NCBI GenBank assembly: GCA_964511175.1
Contig: CAZEEI010000001.1
Location: 147,187-211,186 of the forward strand
Origin: an uncultured Pseudomonadales bacterium
GTDB taxonomy: Bacteria; Patescibacteriota; Microgenomatia; UBA1400; UBA1396
Reading direction: 5' to 3'
DNA: 64,000 nt
Position numbers and translations under genes: made by a program. Shown here piece after piece: positions 36,736 to 46,520 of the stretch; within the stretch, counting starts at the first letter, position 1; every line of letters begins with the position of its first letter. A model generated the notes under the pieces. That model searched no databases. It worked only from the letters and a program-made list of their open reading frames with translations, and was not told the origin of the DNA.

Positions 36736-37023
36736 TTGAATGGAGCGAGTATGACAGACAGGAAAACGGTTGAAGGTTCGCGATCTCTAGACGATGTGCG
36801 CGCCGAGCGTATTCGGCACGCGCGCCAAAGTAGGTTTTTTAAACATTGCCAAGCGGGTGATTTTTCTCCGTGTGATCAGTGTAAGTTTGGCGATGGCCCG
36901 GATATGGATCAGTGCATCCGTCCTGATCAGCGGCAGCACGCTGAACATTGGCGCGAAACGCACGAGACCACTGAAGCTAATTTACCCCCGCTGCCCTATA
37001 CACGGCAGCAACCGTCCGCCTAG
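36736..37023 (+). CDS. small Cys-containing hypothetical protein
   Basis: HC...CDQC...C pattern; exact start uncertain. Confidence 0.45.
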   Translation: MNGASMTDRKTVEGSRSLDDVRAERIRHARQSRFFKHCQAGDFSPCDQCKFGDGPDMDQCIRPDQRQHAEHWRETHETTEANLPPLPYTRQQPSA

Positions 37024-37567
37024 CCCATTGCTGTGCTAGCTCTGTATCACTCCTTTTGGCATCAACCCAGGTGAAGCCATATTCGGCGGAGATCTCCCGG
37101 TAAATGGGGTCATCATCGATTAGGATTAGTGAATCCAAGAGAAAAGGAAATTTGATTGCCTCTTTTTTTAATAGGCGCAGCGCTGTCTGCCAGCGCTCCT
37201 CCGACACACGATGTTCATGGGCAAAATTGCCAAAAGTAGGTTCAAATTGTCCTTTACCAATTTGCCAAATAGTTCTGCCTGGTAAAACGTACTTCTCCGC
37301 GTGAGTCAGCCAAGCCCAAAGTTCCTGATCCACGCACAGTAAATGGTCCATAAAATCATTGATCCGATCCTCGCCTGAGCAAGAAAAAAGAACCGGCACT
37401 ACTTGCTTGTCTCGAAAAAGTGTTTGCAAAAACTCGATACTGCCGGGAAGAAGTTTAACAGAATTTTTATCCATTACCGCAATCAAGGTTCCATCAACGT
37501 CGATAGTAACCCTGGGTTTATTCGGTTTTGGCTCAGATTCTCGTTGCTCGGCTGAAGCTAAGGACAT
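36977..37567 (-). CDS. HAD-superfamily protein
   Basis: IDVDGTLI, FSCS, K, LIDDDP. Confidence 0.7.
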   Translation of the reverse strand: MSLASAEQRESEPKPNKPRVTIDVDGTLIAVMDKNSVKLLPGSIEFLQTLFRDKQVVPVLFSCSGEDRINDFMDHLLCVDQELWAWLTHAEKYVLPGRTIWQIGKGQFEPTFGNFAHEHRVSEERWQTALRLLKKEAIKFPFLLDSLILIDDDPIYREISAEYGFTWVDAKRSDTELAQQWARRTVAAVYRAAGVN

Positions 37568-37689
37568 ATTGGTTTAACAGTGTTTAGTGGTCGAAAGGTA
37601 AATTCTCTTGAGTATAGCAGAAACTGATTTTTTCTGGCAACCTGCTACACTACTAGTAGTAGTATTAATCAAAATACCTAGGAGTATTT

Positions 37690-38139
37690 ATGGCTAAAAA
37701 AGCCCGCCCGTCCAGTTCGAATAATACCAATGTCGGTATGATGTTAGTGACCACTTATTTTATGTTGTGGTTGGTTAATAGTCTGGTGATCTATTTCGCC
37801 AACGTTTTCTTCCCGCAAAGTGTAGTGTTGGGCACATACAGCATCAAGCCGCTCTGGGCGCTGCTTAATGGTATGGGTCTGTTGGCGTTAATCGGTACGC
37901 TGGCGGTGCCGGTCATCCATGTTTGGGAACAGAAGCGTAGCCGGATGCTGTCGCGTAAGGAGTGGTTTGTCGAATACTTCCTGCTTAACTTTGTGGCTTT
38001 GTGGGTGATTGCCCGTTTGGCCGATCAACTGGGTCTAGGGATTAGTTCCTGGCGCATCGTGGCCATCCTAGCTCTAGTTCTAGGTATGGTCCAAAGTATG
38101 GCTATAGAGCAGGTGAAGAAAATGCGTCTCAAGATTTGA
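37690..38139 (+). CDS. 4-TM membrane protein
   Basis: SD AGGAG; four hydrophobic segments. Confidence 0.75.
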   Translation: MAKKARPSSSNNTNVGMMLVTTYFMLWLVNSLVIYFANVFFPQSVVLGTYSIKPLWALLNGMGLLALIGTLAVPVIHVWEQKRSRMLSRKEWFVEYFLLNFVALWVIARLADQLGLGISSWRIVAILALVLGMVQSMAIEQVKKMRLKI

Positions 38140-38162
38140 GAGCCGATTTCAAACTAGGTTGA

Positions 38163-38729
38163 CTACTTTACGGTGCCGCAGTCGCCGTTGAAAACTAAAA
38201 CTTGTCCTGGATCCTGCCAGTCTGGATGCTTTTGTTGCCAGACTTGCGCTGCTTCTGGATTGTTCTTGGCCAGTATTCCCACTGCCTGCGCCGAGTCAAC
38301 CAAAAAACAATACTGATTGTCGCCGCGCTTCTTAATTTTTGCCAACTCGGGTCGGAAGGACACAAGCCGGTCAGTGACGAAGACCATGGGGCAAGTTTTT
38401 TGATCCCGCTTAAATAGTGGCAGGGTCAATCCCACCCAAACCTTAGCCGAGATTTGCTCATCGGCAAAAGTCAGCGGTTCGTGCTGTATTTCTAATGCTT
38501 TAGGGCGACGTTCCTTAACAAAGTTCCACATTTCCGTCAATTGTTCCCAAGTGTTTGGCACCCGCTCTGGAGGTAAATTACTCAGGAAAAGTTGCTCGTC
38601 GATTAGGCTAGCCTTGGCAGTAGGTTGCTGTTCAAGATGGCGCAAAAAAGCATCCGGATTAGAGAATTTTTTCTTCCAGGTTCTACGCCAAGTTTCCAAC
38701 TGATCTTCGGAATAATGTCTAGACATCAT
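38163..38729 (-). CDS. hypothetical protein
   Basis: 188-aa ORF with ATG start. Confidence 0.6.
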   Translation of the reverse strand: MMSRHYSEDQLETWRRTWKKKFSNPDAFLRHLEQQPTAKASLIDEQLFLSNLPPERVPNTWEQLTEMWNFVKERRPKALEIQHEPLTFADEQISAKVWVGLTLPLFKRDQKTCPMVFVTDRLVSFRPELAKIKKRGDNQYCFLVDSAQAVGILAKNNPEAAQVWQQKHPDWQDPGQVLVFNGDCGTVK

Positions 38730-38753
38730 GGTACATATGATACTCTAATAGAT

Positions 38754-39056
38754 ATGAAAGATCCCAAATATCTTGACGAAGCTTTTGCGGCGGTTTGCCA
38801 AGAAATGCTCGAAACCTTCATTAAAAAGCATAAAGATTACGGCAAAGGCAATATCCTTTCGATCAAAGAATTGGGCATGGCTTTTCGTACTTCGGAAAAA
38901 ATCGAAAGAATTAAAAATTTGCTCATGAAAGCTGGCGATTCACCGGTCAATGAGTCGCTGGACGATAGCTGGCTGGATATTGCCGTGTATGGGGTGATTG
39001 CCCTACTCTACCGGCGCGGTTGGTTCGAAAAACTGAAACTAGACCCCAAAAAATAA
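38754..39056 (+). CDS. DUF1599 / nucleotide-modification-associated domain protein
   Basis: KKHKDYG...EKIERIKNL...ESLDDSWLDIAVYGVI; start ATG 38754. Confidence 0.8.
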   Translation: MKDPKYLDEAFAAVCQEMLETFIKKHKDYGKGNILSIKELGMAFRTSEKIERIKNLLMKAGDSPVNESLDDSWLDIAVYGVIALLYRRGWFEKLKLDPKK

Positions 39057-39066
39057 GCGAATTGCC

Positions 39067-39585
39067 ATGTCTACTACTGCTCTCAATCTCACGATCGACA
39101 CCGAACTTAAGCTGAGAATGATGATTTACAGCTTGGCCTATGTCTTACCGATATGTTTAGCCCATCCCCAATGGTTAACTGGGACGCTGGTTAATTGTTG
39201 GTTATTTTTGGCCGCCGAAAAATTAGATCGACGCGAATTATGGCCGGTACTGGTGCTGCCGAGTCTGGGTGCGCTTAGCCGCGGCTGGCTCTTTGGTTCG
39301 CAAACGGTGTTTCTGTTTTACTTCCTCCCTTTCATTTGGGTAGGCAACTATGTTTTGGTGGCAGTGTTTCGCGGCTTGGCTGGCCGATCCTGGTTTACCC
39401 GGGTTGGTTGGGCGGCCTTGGTCAAGTTTGGCTTACTCGCTTTAGCCGCCCTGATTTATTGGCGCTTAGGAACGGTGCCGAGTATTTTTAAGCAATCGAT
39501 GGGGTTGATGCAACTGGTTACGGCACTAGCTGGTGGCGCAGCAGCCTGGCTGGTTAACCGCAGTTGGACGGGTAGCCATGAATGA
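39067..39585 (+). CDS. ECF S-component-like membrane protein
   Basis: QWLTGTLVN, LPS, LPFIWVGN, QLVTALAGG. Confidence 0.65.
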   Translation: MSTTALNLTIDTELKLRMMIYSLAYVLPICLAHPQWLTGTLVNCWLFLAAEKLDRRELWPVLVLPSLGALSRGWLFGSQTVFLFYFLPFIWVGNYVLVAVFRGLAGRSWFTRVGWAALVKFGLLALAALIYWRLGTVPSIFKQSMGLMQLVTALAGGAAAWLVNRSWTGSHE

Positions 39586-40372
39586 ATTAAACGAATTAGT
39601 GCGGGCTTTACGTCAGCGCGAACCGCTGGTGGCGATGGTGGCGCCTTCCTTTCCTATTGTCTTTCCTTTTCCGGCACTGGTAAGTATGCTGCGCCGCCTT
39701 GGTTTTGCTTACGTGGTGGAAGTGGCCTTAGGGGCGGAGCGGACGAACGCTGAACTGGTTGCAGCACTGCAAAGTAACCCGACCGCCCGCTACATTACTA
39801 GTCCCTGTCCCAGTGTGGTACGGCTAATTCGCCAGCAATTGCCAGAGTATGCGCAGTACTTTCCCCCCGCCGTCGACTCGCCGATGGCCGCTACCGCCAA
39901 AATCGTGCGGGAAAAATATCCCGGCCACCGACCGGTGTTTATTGGTCCCTGTATCGTTAAAAAATTGGAGGCGTCCCAGGACGTGCCGGAGCTGGATATT
40001 CTGGTTGTGACCTACGACGAACTAAATCGCATTTTTACGGCCTGCAGTTTGCCAGTCACTGCCGAACCAGGTGACGACTTTGACCTAAAAGCTACCGGGC
40101 CCACCCGCTTCTACCCAATGGACGGTGGTTTGGCTTACACCAGCGGTGCGTTCGCTCAACTGGGGTCGGAGGCAGTACAAATTGTTTCCGGGTGGCAGAA
40201 TTGTACGGCGGCGATCAAAAGTTTTACTACTAACACGCAAGTGCGACTGCTCGACATCTTGTTTTGCGAAGGGGGTTGCATCAGTGGTCTGGGAATCAAA
40301 AGCTCGTTGTTGATGGCGGAGCGGCAACAAAAAATTAAGGACTACGTTTTTACGTCAAGTGGTCAGAAATAA
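39578..40372 (+). CDS. minimal [FeFe]-hydrogenase large-subunit-like (H-cluster domain only) protein
   Basis: VAPS, ITSPCP, FIGPCIVKKLEA, DILFCEGGCISG. Confidence 0.8.
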   Translation: MNELNELVRALRQREPLVAMVAPSFPIVFPFPALVSMLRRLGFAYVVEVALGAERTNAELVAALQSNPTARYITSPCPSVVRLIRQQLPEYAQYFPPAVDSPMAATAKIVREKYPGHRPVFIGPCIVKKLEASQDVPELDILVVTYDELNRIFTACSLPVTAEPGDDFDLKATGPTRFYPMDGGLAYTSGAFAQLGSEAVQIVSGWQNCTAAIKSFTTNTQVRLLDILFCEGGCISGLGIKSSLLMAERQQKIKDYVFTSSGQK

Positions 40373-40790
40373 TTTCTCTAGTGAATTGATAAACATTTTC
40401 CGGTCGAGCTCCATTTTCAGAGGCGCTGGCGACCACTGTTGCTAAAGTGTACATTTTATCAAAACTAAGGTTGTAGTCGATATCATGCAGTCTGAGAAAA
40501 ATATGAGAAAAAATAATCGCCATTCGTTTATTGCCATTTTGGAAGGGATGACCGGTACATACTTTATAAAAGTAACCTGCTGTTGCCTCGGCGATAGTAG
40601 GAAAAACTCGCACGCCAAAGGCATGTTGTTTCACCGAACCAAGGATACTTTCTAGTTTTTCTGGGTAGCGCGAATCAAAGGGTGGCAGAGGTCCGAGAGT
40701 CACCTGAAATTCGCGAAATTCGTTGTAAATGATTTCGCATGTCTCTAGACTCAGCCAGTAAGTTGGGATCTGTTGTGCCTTCTCGATCAT
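40350..40790 (-). CDS. doc: Fic/Doc family (death-on-curing-like) toxin
   Basis: HPFQNGNKR motif. Confidence 0.88.
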   Translation of the reverse strand: MIEKAQQIPTYWLSLETCEIIYNEFREFQVTLGPLPPFDSRYPEKLESILGSVKQHAFGVRVFPTIAEATAGYFYKVCTGHPFQNGNKRMAIIFSHIFLRLHDIDYNLSFDKMYTLATVVASASENGARPENVYQFTREIISDHLT

Positions 40791-40902
40791 ACTTTTCCAA
40801 TAAACGGTAGGTTTGACCGTATTTATTTATACTATAGTGAACCTCCTTCTTAACAGCTCGAGGATTCACCTTTTTCCGATTAACCAACCATTGCCAGAAC
40901 AT
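40675..40902 (-). CDS. small protein upstream of doc, putative antitoxin
   Basis: TACAAT 6 nt before ATG; INKYGQTYRLLEKYD; overlaps doc. Confidence 0.5.
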   Translation of the reverse strand: MFWQWLVNRKKVNPRAVKKEVHYSINKYGQTYRLLEKYDREGTTDPNLLAESRDMRNHLQRISRISGDSRTSATL

Positions 40903-40952
40903 GTTGCTATTGTAACGTTAAACGATTGAACGGATAAGTACCGATTTTAGTC

Positions 40953-40986
40953 TTTCAGCTAATTTTCAGCTATTTAGTAGTAAAAT
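40953..40986 (+). promoter_or_regulatory. OmpR-type direct repeat plus -10 element
   Basis: TTTCAGCTA at 40953 and 40964 (11-nt period); TAAAAT at 40981. Confidence 0.55.
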
Positions 40987-40993
40987 ATGCCCC

Positions 40994-41671
40994 ATGCGTT
41001 TGCTGGTGGTAGAGGATGAGACCAAATTGGCTAAGGCAATGCAGCGTGCGCTGACGCTTCAGCATTATGCCGTCGACGTGGCTAGTGATGGCCAGACCGG
41101 TTGGGAGTTAGCCTCGGTCGAACCTTACGATCTGATTATTCTCGATTTACTCCTACCTAACCTGGATGGCCGGGAAATATGCCGCCGCTTACGAGCTGAT
41201 CGGCTGGAAACTCCAATTCTTATGCTGACCGCTTTGGGTGAAATTGCCGATCGGGTGATTGGCTTAGATGCTGGCGCCGACGATTATTTAGTGAAACCAT
41301 TTGCCTTGGTTGAATTGTTTGCGCGGGTACGGGCTTTGCTGCGGCGCGGCTTACCCAACCGGGAAACTAAACTACAGGTGGCCGACTTGACTCTGGATCC
41401 GGTTAATGCCCAGGCAACCCGGGATGGGCAACGGCTGGATCTTTCTCCCAAAGAATACGCCATTTTGGCTTATTTACTGTATCACCACAATCGGCCGGTC
41501 TCTAAGGAACAGTTACTGCGCCACGTTTGGGACTATCAAGCTGATGTTTTGCCCAACACGGTGGAGGTGCACGTGCGCAATTTACGTCGTAAGGTTGATG
41601 CGCCGTTTAAGCAAGCGTTAATTACTACCGTACGCGGTTTTGGCTACCAGATTGGGGGTCAACATGTTTGA
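40994..41671 (+). CDS. OmpR-family response regulator
   Basis: MRLLVVEDE, LDLLLP, GADDYLVKPF, TVRGFGY. Confidence 0.96.
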   Translation: MRLLVVEDETKLAKAMQRALTLQHYAVDVASDGQTGWELASVEPYDLIILDLLLPNLDGREICRRLRADRLETPILMLTALGEIADRVIGLDAGADDYLVKPFALVELFARVRALLRRGLPNRETKLQVADLTLDPVNAQATRDGQRLDLSPKEYAILAYLLYHHNRPVSKEQLLRHVWDYQADVLPNTVEVHVRNLRRKVDAPFKQALITTVRGFGYQIGGQHV

Positions 41672-42668
41672 ACAGGCGCGCTGGAAACTGACGGCTTGGT
41701 ATGTGGCGATTATGATGGGCATCACCCTCTTGTTTAGCGTCGCTTTTTACCAGTTAGCTACGCAAGAATTGCGGCGGGTGATTAACCGTTTTGAAGTGAT
41801 GGAAAGACGTACGCCGCCCCCGGTTGCTACCCTACCCTACTTACCGCCAAATCCAATTGAAGTGATGGCTGCAGCACAGCAGCGCCTCCAAATTATTCTT
41901 TTAGTAGTTAACGGATCTATCCTGGTTTTAGTAGGTGGTGCGGCTTATTTTTTGGCCGGACGTACTTTGCGACCTATTCAACTAATGGTCGAACAGCAAA
42001 ACCAGTTTGTCGCTGATGCCTCCCATGAACTGCGTACACCGCTGGCTGTTCTCCGGGCGGAATTAGAAGGTAGTTTGCTGGAAAAACGGATAACCGAAAA
42101 ACAGGCTCGCCAATTAGCCACCAGTAATTTGGAAGAAGTGATTTCTCTCCAGAAGTTGACCGATAATTTACTGCGTCTCACGCGTTACGATGTCGATCAC
42201 ACTCCCCTTTCTCGCGAAGAAGTGCCGCTACGGGAACTGGTTTTAGCTGTGGAAAAGAAGTTAAACAAACTTGCCCAAGCGAAAAAAATTACCTTCCGTA
42301 ATAAACTTTCGGTAGTTAGTGTTCGCGGCTGTCCGGCCGAGCTAAGCGAAGTCTTGGCAGTAATTTTCGATAACGCTATTAAATACAGTCCGGCTCAAAC
42401 CAAGATTAGCGTTACTTTACGAACTAACGATCACCACGCAGTAGTCACCATTGCCGACCAAGGGATTGGTGTTACTGCCGCTGACCTGCCGCATATTTTT
42501 GAACGTTTCTACCGGGCAGATCGATCGCGTTCGCAAACCGCCGGTTTTGGTTTGGGCTTGGCGATTGCCCGCCAACTGGTTGCCGCTCACCAAGGAACCA
42601 TCACCGCCCAAAGTAAGCCTGGCCGCGGAACCACCTTTACGATCCGGCTTCCCTTAAGCAATTCTTAA
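41664..42668 (+). CDS. sensor histidine kinase
   Basis: ASHELRTPL, DNAIKYS, DQGIG, GFGLGLAI. Confidence 0.95.
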   Translation: MFEQARWKLTAWYVAIMMGITLLFSVAFYQLATQELRRVINRFEVMERRTPPPVATLPYLPPNPIEVMAAAQQRLQIILLVVNGSILVLVGGAAYFLAGRTLRPIQLMVEQQNQFVADASHELRTPLAVLRAELEGSLLEKRITEKQARQLATSNLEEVISLQKLTDNLLRLTRYDVDHTPLSREEVPLRELVLAVEKKLNKLAQAKKITFRNKLSVVSVRGCPAELSEVLAVIFDNAIKYSPAQTKISVTLRTNDHHAVVTIADQGIGVTAADLPHIFERFYRADRSRSQTAGFGLGLAIARQLVAAHQGTITAQSKPGRGTTFTIRLPLSNS

Positions 42669-42691
42669 GTTTGGGGTTATAAACTACCCCA

Positions 42692-44068
42692 ATGCTATCG
42701 CTTACTACCCTTACTGCCACGAGCCGAGCTTGGCTGAATAAACTGTTTGATCTTTGGCGGCAGAGCCCCCTCTGGCAAAAAGTTTTGTTGTTGGTTATCG
42801 CGTTAGGTTTAGGCTGGTTGGCTTGGACACAGCGGCCTAGTCAGAACGCGACTACTTCCACTTACCAAACGGCAGTGGCCGAAAAAGGCACACTGGTTAC
42901 TTCGATTACCGGTTCAGGCAGTATTACGGTAGGTAACAGTACTAACCTAACCACCAGTGCCACTGGTGTGGTGACCAAAGTACTGGTTTCGAACGGTGAC
43001 CAAGTTAAAAAAGGTCAAGCCATTGCCACCCTGGAATTAGATGACGATTCCCGTGCCAAACGCGCCGCCGCTTGGGTGGCTTACTTGGATGCCAAGGAGG
43101 CGGTGAAAACTGCCCAAAAAACTAAAGTTGATGCCGATATTGCTATGTGGAATGCCCGCCAAGCCATCTTTACCGCGCAAGACGACATTGATTACAAGAA
43201 TAGCCACGATACCAATCCAACTACCGGTAAAGCTTACACCGATTCACAGCGAGTGGTTGTCGATAAGACGCTGGATCAGGCCCGTGCGGCTTTTATGGCT
43301 GTGGAACTTAAGTACCAGAATGCTGATTCAGAAATTCAGAGCGCCCAAGCTAAAGTTGCTACTACTTGGCAAGATTACGGCGATTTGTCCCCCACCATCA
43401 CCGCGCCCGTAGCGGGTGTAATTAGCAATTTATCTTTGGCGCCAGACGTCACGATTACGCAGGCCGAAAGCAGCGACGAGAGTTCGACTACCACTACCGT
43501 TACGTCGCAAAAGATCGGTCAAATTGATAATCCTAACGGCCAGTTCCAAGCCTCAGTCAGTTTGACCGAAATTGATATCGTTAAGGTACAAGCCAACCAA
43601 AAAGTGAATTTGACGCTGGATGCTTTTCCAGATTTGAGTTTTACCGGCAAGGTTTTAGCGATCGATACCAGCGGTGCGGTTAGTTCAGGAGTAACTAGTT
43701 ATCCGGTTACTATTTTGCTCGATCAAACTACCGCGCGGATTTACCCGCGTATGGCCGTGAGCGCCACCATCATTACGAATATTAAAGACAATGTAATTCT
43801 GGTACCCAGTACAGCGGTACAAAGCAGCAACGGCAGTACTACGGTCCAAGTGATGCAGGATGGTCAGCCCAAGAGTGTCGCGGTCGAGGTGGGTGACAGT
43901 AACGATAGCCAAATCGAAATTAAATCTGGCCTTAATGGTGGGGAAACAGTAGTGACCAGTTCGGTTAGTGCCACTAGCCAAACGAGTAGTGTCCGCAATA
44001 GCAATACCGCTTCTCCTTTCAGTAGTAGCTTTGGTGGTGGTTTTGGTGGTGGACCGATGTCTAGGTAA
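42692..44068 (+). CDS. MacA-like periplasmic adaptor (membrane fusion protein)
   Basis: N-terminal TM, GDQVKKGQ, ITAPVAGVI, VLVPSTAV-like motif, GLNGGE. Confidence 0.9.
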   Translation: MLSLTTLTATSRAWLNKLFDLWRQSPLWQKVLLLVIALGLGWLAWTQRPSQNATTSTYQTAVAEKGTLVTSITGSGSITVGNSTNLTTSATGVVTKVLVSNGDQVKKGQAIATLELDDDSRAKRAAAWVAYLDAKEAVKTAQKTKVDADIAMWNARQAIFTAQDDIDYKNSHDTNPTTGKAYTDSQRVVVDKTLDQARAAFMAVELKYQNADSEIQSAQAKVATTWQDYGDLSPTITAPVAGVISNLSLAPDVTITQAESSDESSTTTTVTSQKIGQIDNPNGQFQASVSLTEIDIVKVQANQKVNLTLDAFPDLSFTGKVLAIDTSGAVSSGVTSYPVTILLDQTTARIYPRMAVSATIITNIKDNVILVPSTAVQSSNGSTTVQVMQDGQPKSVAVEVGDSNDSQIEIKSGLNGGETVVTSSVSATSQTSSVRNSNTASPFSSSFGGGFGGGPMSR

Positions 44069-44070
44069 AT

Positions 44071-44799
44071 ATGACTAAGCCAATTATCCAAGTTCAGCAT
44101 TTAGGCAAAACTTACCAAATCGAAACGGTGTCTACCGTGGCTTTGGCCGATATTTCTTTCACCATCAATAAAGGTGAGTTTGTGGCCATCATGGGTCCCT
44201 CCGGTTCCGGTAAATCAACTCTGATGCATATTTTGGGGGCGTTGGATTTGCCAACGAGCGGTTCTTATGTTTTGGACGGGCGCAATGTCGAAAAATTATC
44301 GGACGAAGAGCTGGCCGATATCCGTAACCAAAAAATCGGTTTCATCTTTCAGGCTTTCAACTTGTTACCACGGATGAGTGCTCTTAAAAACGTCATGTTG
44401 CCGATGATTTATGCCGGTTTACCGCAGGCGGAGCGTCAGGAACGAGCCCGCCGCTACTTAACCATGATGGGTCTAAGTAACCGTTTGGAACATACGCCAG
44501 GACAACTTTCCGGTGGCCAGCAGCAGCGGGTCGCTATTGCCCGGGCGCTTTCCTTAGATCCCGCTCTCCTGCTGGCGGATGAACCCACCGGGAATATTGC
44601 TTCTTCCCAAGCCGAAGAAGTGATGGCCATTTTTCAGCAAGTGCACCGTAAGGGTCACACCATTGTCATGATCACCCACGAACCCGACATTGCCCAGCAC
44701 GCGCAGCGGATTATTCAGATCCGCGACGGCAACTTAGCCAGCGATCATCCTAACCGAAAACCTAAGATAGCCAAAATACATTTAGCGCAAGACGAATAA
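44071..44799 (+). CDS. ABC transporter ATP-binding protein (MacB/LolD type)
   Basis: GPSGSGKST, LSGGQQQRVAIARAL, LLADEPTG. Confidence 0.96.
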   Translation: MTKPIIQVQHLGKTYQIETVSTVALADISFTINKGEFVAIMGPSGSGKSTLMHILGALDLPTSGSYVLDGRNVEKLSDEELADIRNQKIGFIFQAFNLLPRMSALKNVMLPMIYAGLPQAERQERARRYLTMMGLSNRLEHTPGQLSGGQQQRVAIARALSLDPALLLADEPTGNIASSQAEEVMAIFQQVHRKGHTIVMITHEPDIAQHAQRIIQIRDGNLASDHPNRKPKIAKIHLAQDE

Positions 44800-44802
44800 A
44801 CT

Positions 44803-46026
44803 ATGGAGTATCGCGAAATCATTAGCGAAGCTGTCAGCACGTTAGTAGTTAATAAACTACGGACCGGTCTGGCGGTTTTGGGCATAGTAATTGGTATCGG
44901 CAGCGTAATTGCCCTGCTCTCTTTAGGTGCTTCCAGCCAACAGGCGGTCCAATCCCAAATTCAATCGATTGGTGCCAATTTGTTGACAGTTTCGCCAGCA
45001 GCAGCCAGTAGTAACGGTGTGCGCGGGGCTGCCGGCGGCGGCACCACTTTAACTAACGAGGATGCCCAAGCCATTAGTAATTCGCCGCTGGTGGACACAA
45101 TCAGCGCGGTAGCGCCGGTTTACAGCGGCCGCTCCCAAATTATTGCCGGCCGCAACAATACCAACACCCAAGTCGAAGGGGTTACCCCGACCTATGCCAG
45201 CGTGCGTAAAGTGGAGTTAAGTGCCGGCACCTTCATTAGCGAACGCGACCTTAGCGCCATCAGCCGCGTGGCGGTTTTAGGGTCGCAGGTGGTAACTGAT
45301 CTGTTTGGTGAGGGAGCCAGTGCCGTGGGTGAAACCGTGCGGATCAATGGCCAAAACTTTCAAGTGATTGGCGTGACCAAAGCCAAAGGTGGTACTGGAC
45401 CGCAAAGCCAAGACGACACGGTGTTAATTCCGCTTACCACTGCCCAAAAACAAATTTTTGGGGTGAAATATTTAAGTACAATTTACTTGGAGGCTACCAG
45501 TCCTGACGTTATGACTCAGGCGCAAAATCAGGTCGGATATCTTTTATTGGATCAACACCACTTAACTGATCCTACCGCAGCCGACTTCCGTATTTTTTCG
45601 CAGGAAGATATTTTAGAAGCGGCTTCACAAGTAACTGGGACCTTCACTACTTTGCTTTCCGGTGTGGCCGCTATTTCATTACTGGTAGGTGGCATCGGCA
45701 TCATGAATATTATGTTAGTGACAGTGACCGAGCGTACCCGTGAAATCGGTTTGCGTAAAGCCTTGGGGGCAAAAAAGAAAATCATCATTACCCAGTTCCT
45801 CATCGAATCGATTATTCTGACTTTTACTGGCGGTTGCTTGGGAGTACTGCTCGGAATGCTCATTTCTTACGGTTATGCGTTGTATGCCGGTTCACCGCTG
45901 GTGGTTTCGGTCAGCTCCATTTTGTTGGCCTCTGCCGTTTCCGTGGTGATAGGGATCGTGTTTGGTTGGTATCCGGCGCGCCGCGCGGCCAACCTCCAGC
46001 CGATTGAAGCTTTGCGCTATGAGTAA
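44803..46026 (+). CDS. MacB-type ABC permease
   Basis: LVGGIGIMNIMLVTVTERTREIGLRKALGA, PIEALRYE. Confidence 0.95.
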   Translation: MEYREIISEAVSTLVVNKLRTGLAVLGIVIGIGSVIALLSLGASSQQAVQSQIQSIGANLLTVSPAAASSNGVRGAAGGGTTLTNEDAQAISNSPLVDTISAVAPVYSGRSQIIAGRNNTNTQVEGVTPTYASVRKVELSAGTFISERDLSAISRVAVLGSQVVTDLFGEGASAVGETVRINGQNFQVIGVTKAKGGTGPQSQDDTVLIPLTTAQKQIFGVKYLSTIYLEATSPDVMTQAQNQVGYLLLDQHHLTDPTAADFRIFSQEDILEAASQVTGTFTTLLSGVAAISLLVGGIGIMNIMLVTVTERTREIGLRKALGAKKKIIITQFLIESIILTFTGGCLGVLLGMLISYGYALYAGSPLVVSVSSILLASAVSVVIGIVFGWYPARRAANLQPIEALRYE

Positions 46027-46051
46027 AACCAAAACAAACGAAAGGACCAGC

Positions 46052-46516
46052 GTGAAAAATAATTACGTTGTGATATTAGTGATAGTGGCGGTTGTGGCCG
46101 GCCTATCTTTTTATGGGGGAATACAGTACCAACTGCGCCAAACGCCGAGTCGCGGTAATTTGGCCCAGTTCGCCAATGGTAGCCCAGCGATTGGCCAAAA
46201 CGGTACTAAAACTAATGGCAGTAACCGTTTTGCCCAAGGCAGCCGACCTCTGTCCGGCGAAATCACTGGTCGCGATGGTCAGAGTTTAACGCTTAAGTTA
46301 GCCGACGGCAGCAGCAAGACGGTTATTATTTCAGACCAGACGGCAATTAACCGTACCAGTGAAGCCACAAAAGAAGACTTGGCTACCGGCACCACGGTCA
46401 CCGTATTTGGTGCAGCGGATGCTAGTGGTACCATCACGGCGCAAAATATTGGGATTGGTAATAACCTATCAGCCTTTGGTAACCAGCCAGTACCGGATGC
46501 CCCCGCCCAGCCCTAA
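46052..46516 (+). CDS. membrane-anchored OB-fold-like protein (DUF5666-like)
   Basis: GTG start after AAAGGA; FYGGIQY, SGEI...LTLKLADGSSKTV...G...DGTITA-like. Confidence 0.65.
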   Translation: MKNNYVVILVIVAVVAGLSFYGGIQYQLRQTPSRGNLAQFANGSPAIGQNGTKTNGSNRFAQGSRPLSGEITGRDGQSLTLKLADGSSKTVIISDQTAINRTSEATKEDLATGTTVTVFGAADASGTITAQNIGIGNNLSAFGNQPVPDAPAQP

Positions 46517-46520
46517 GCGG

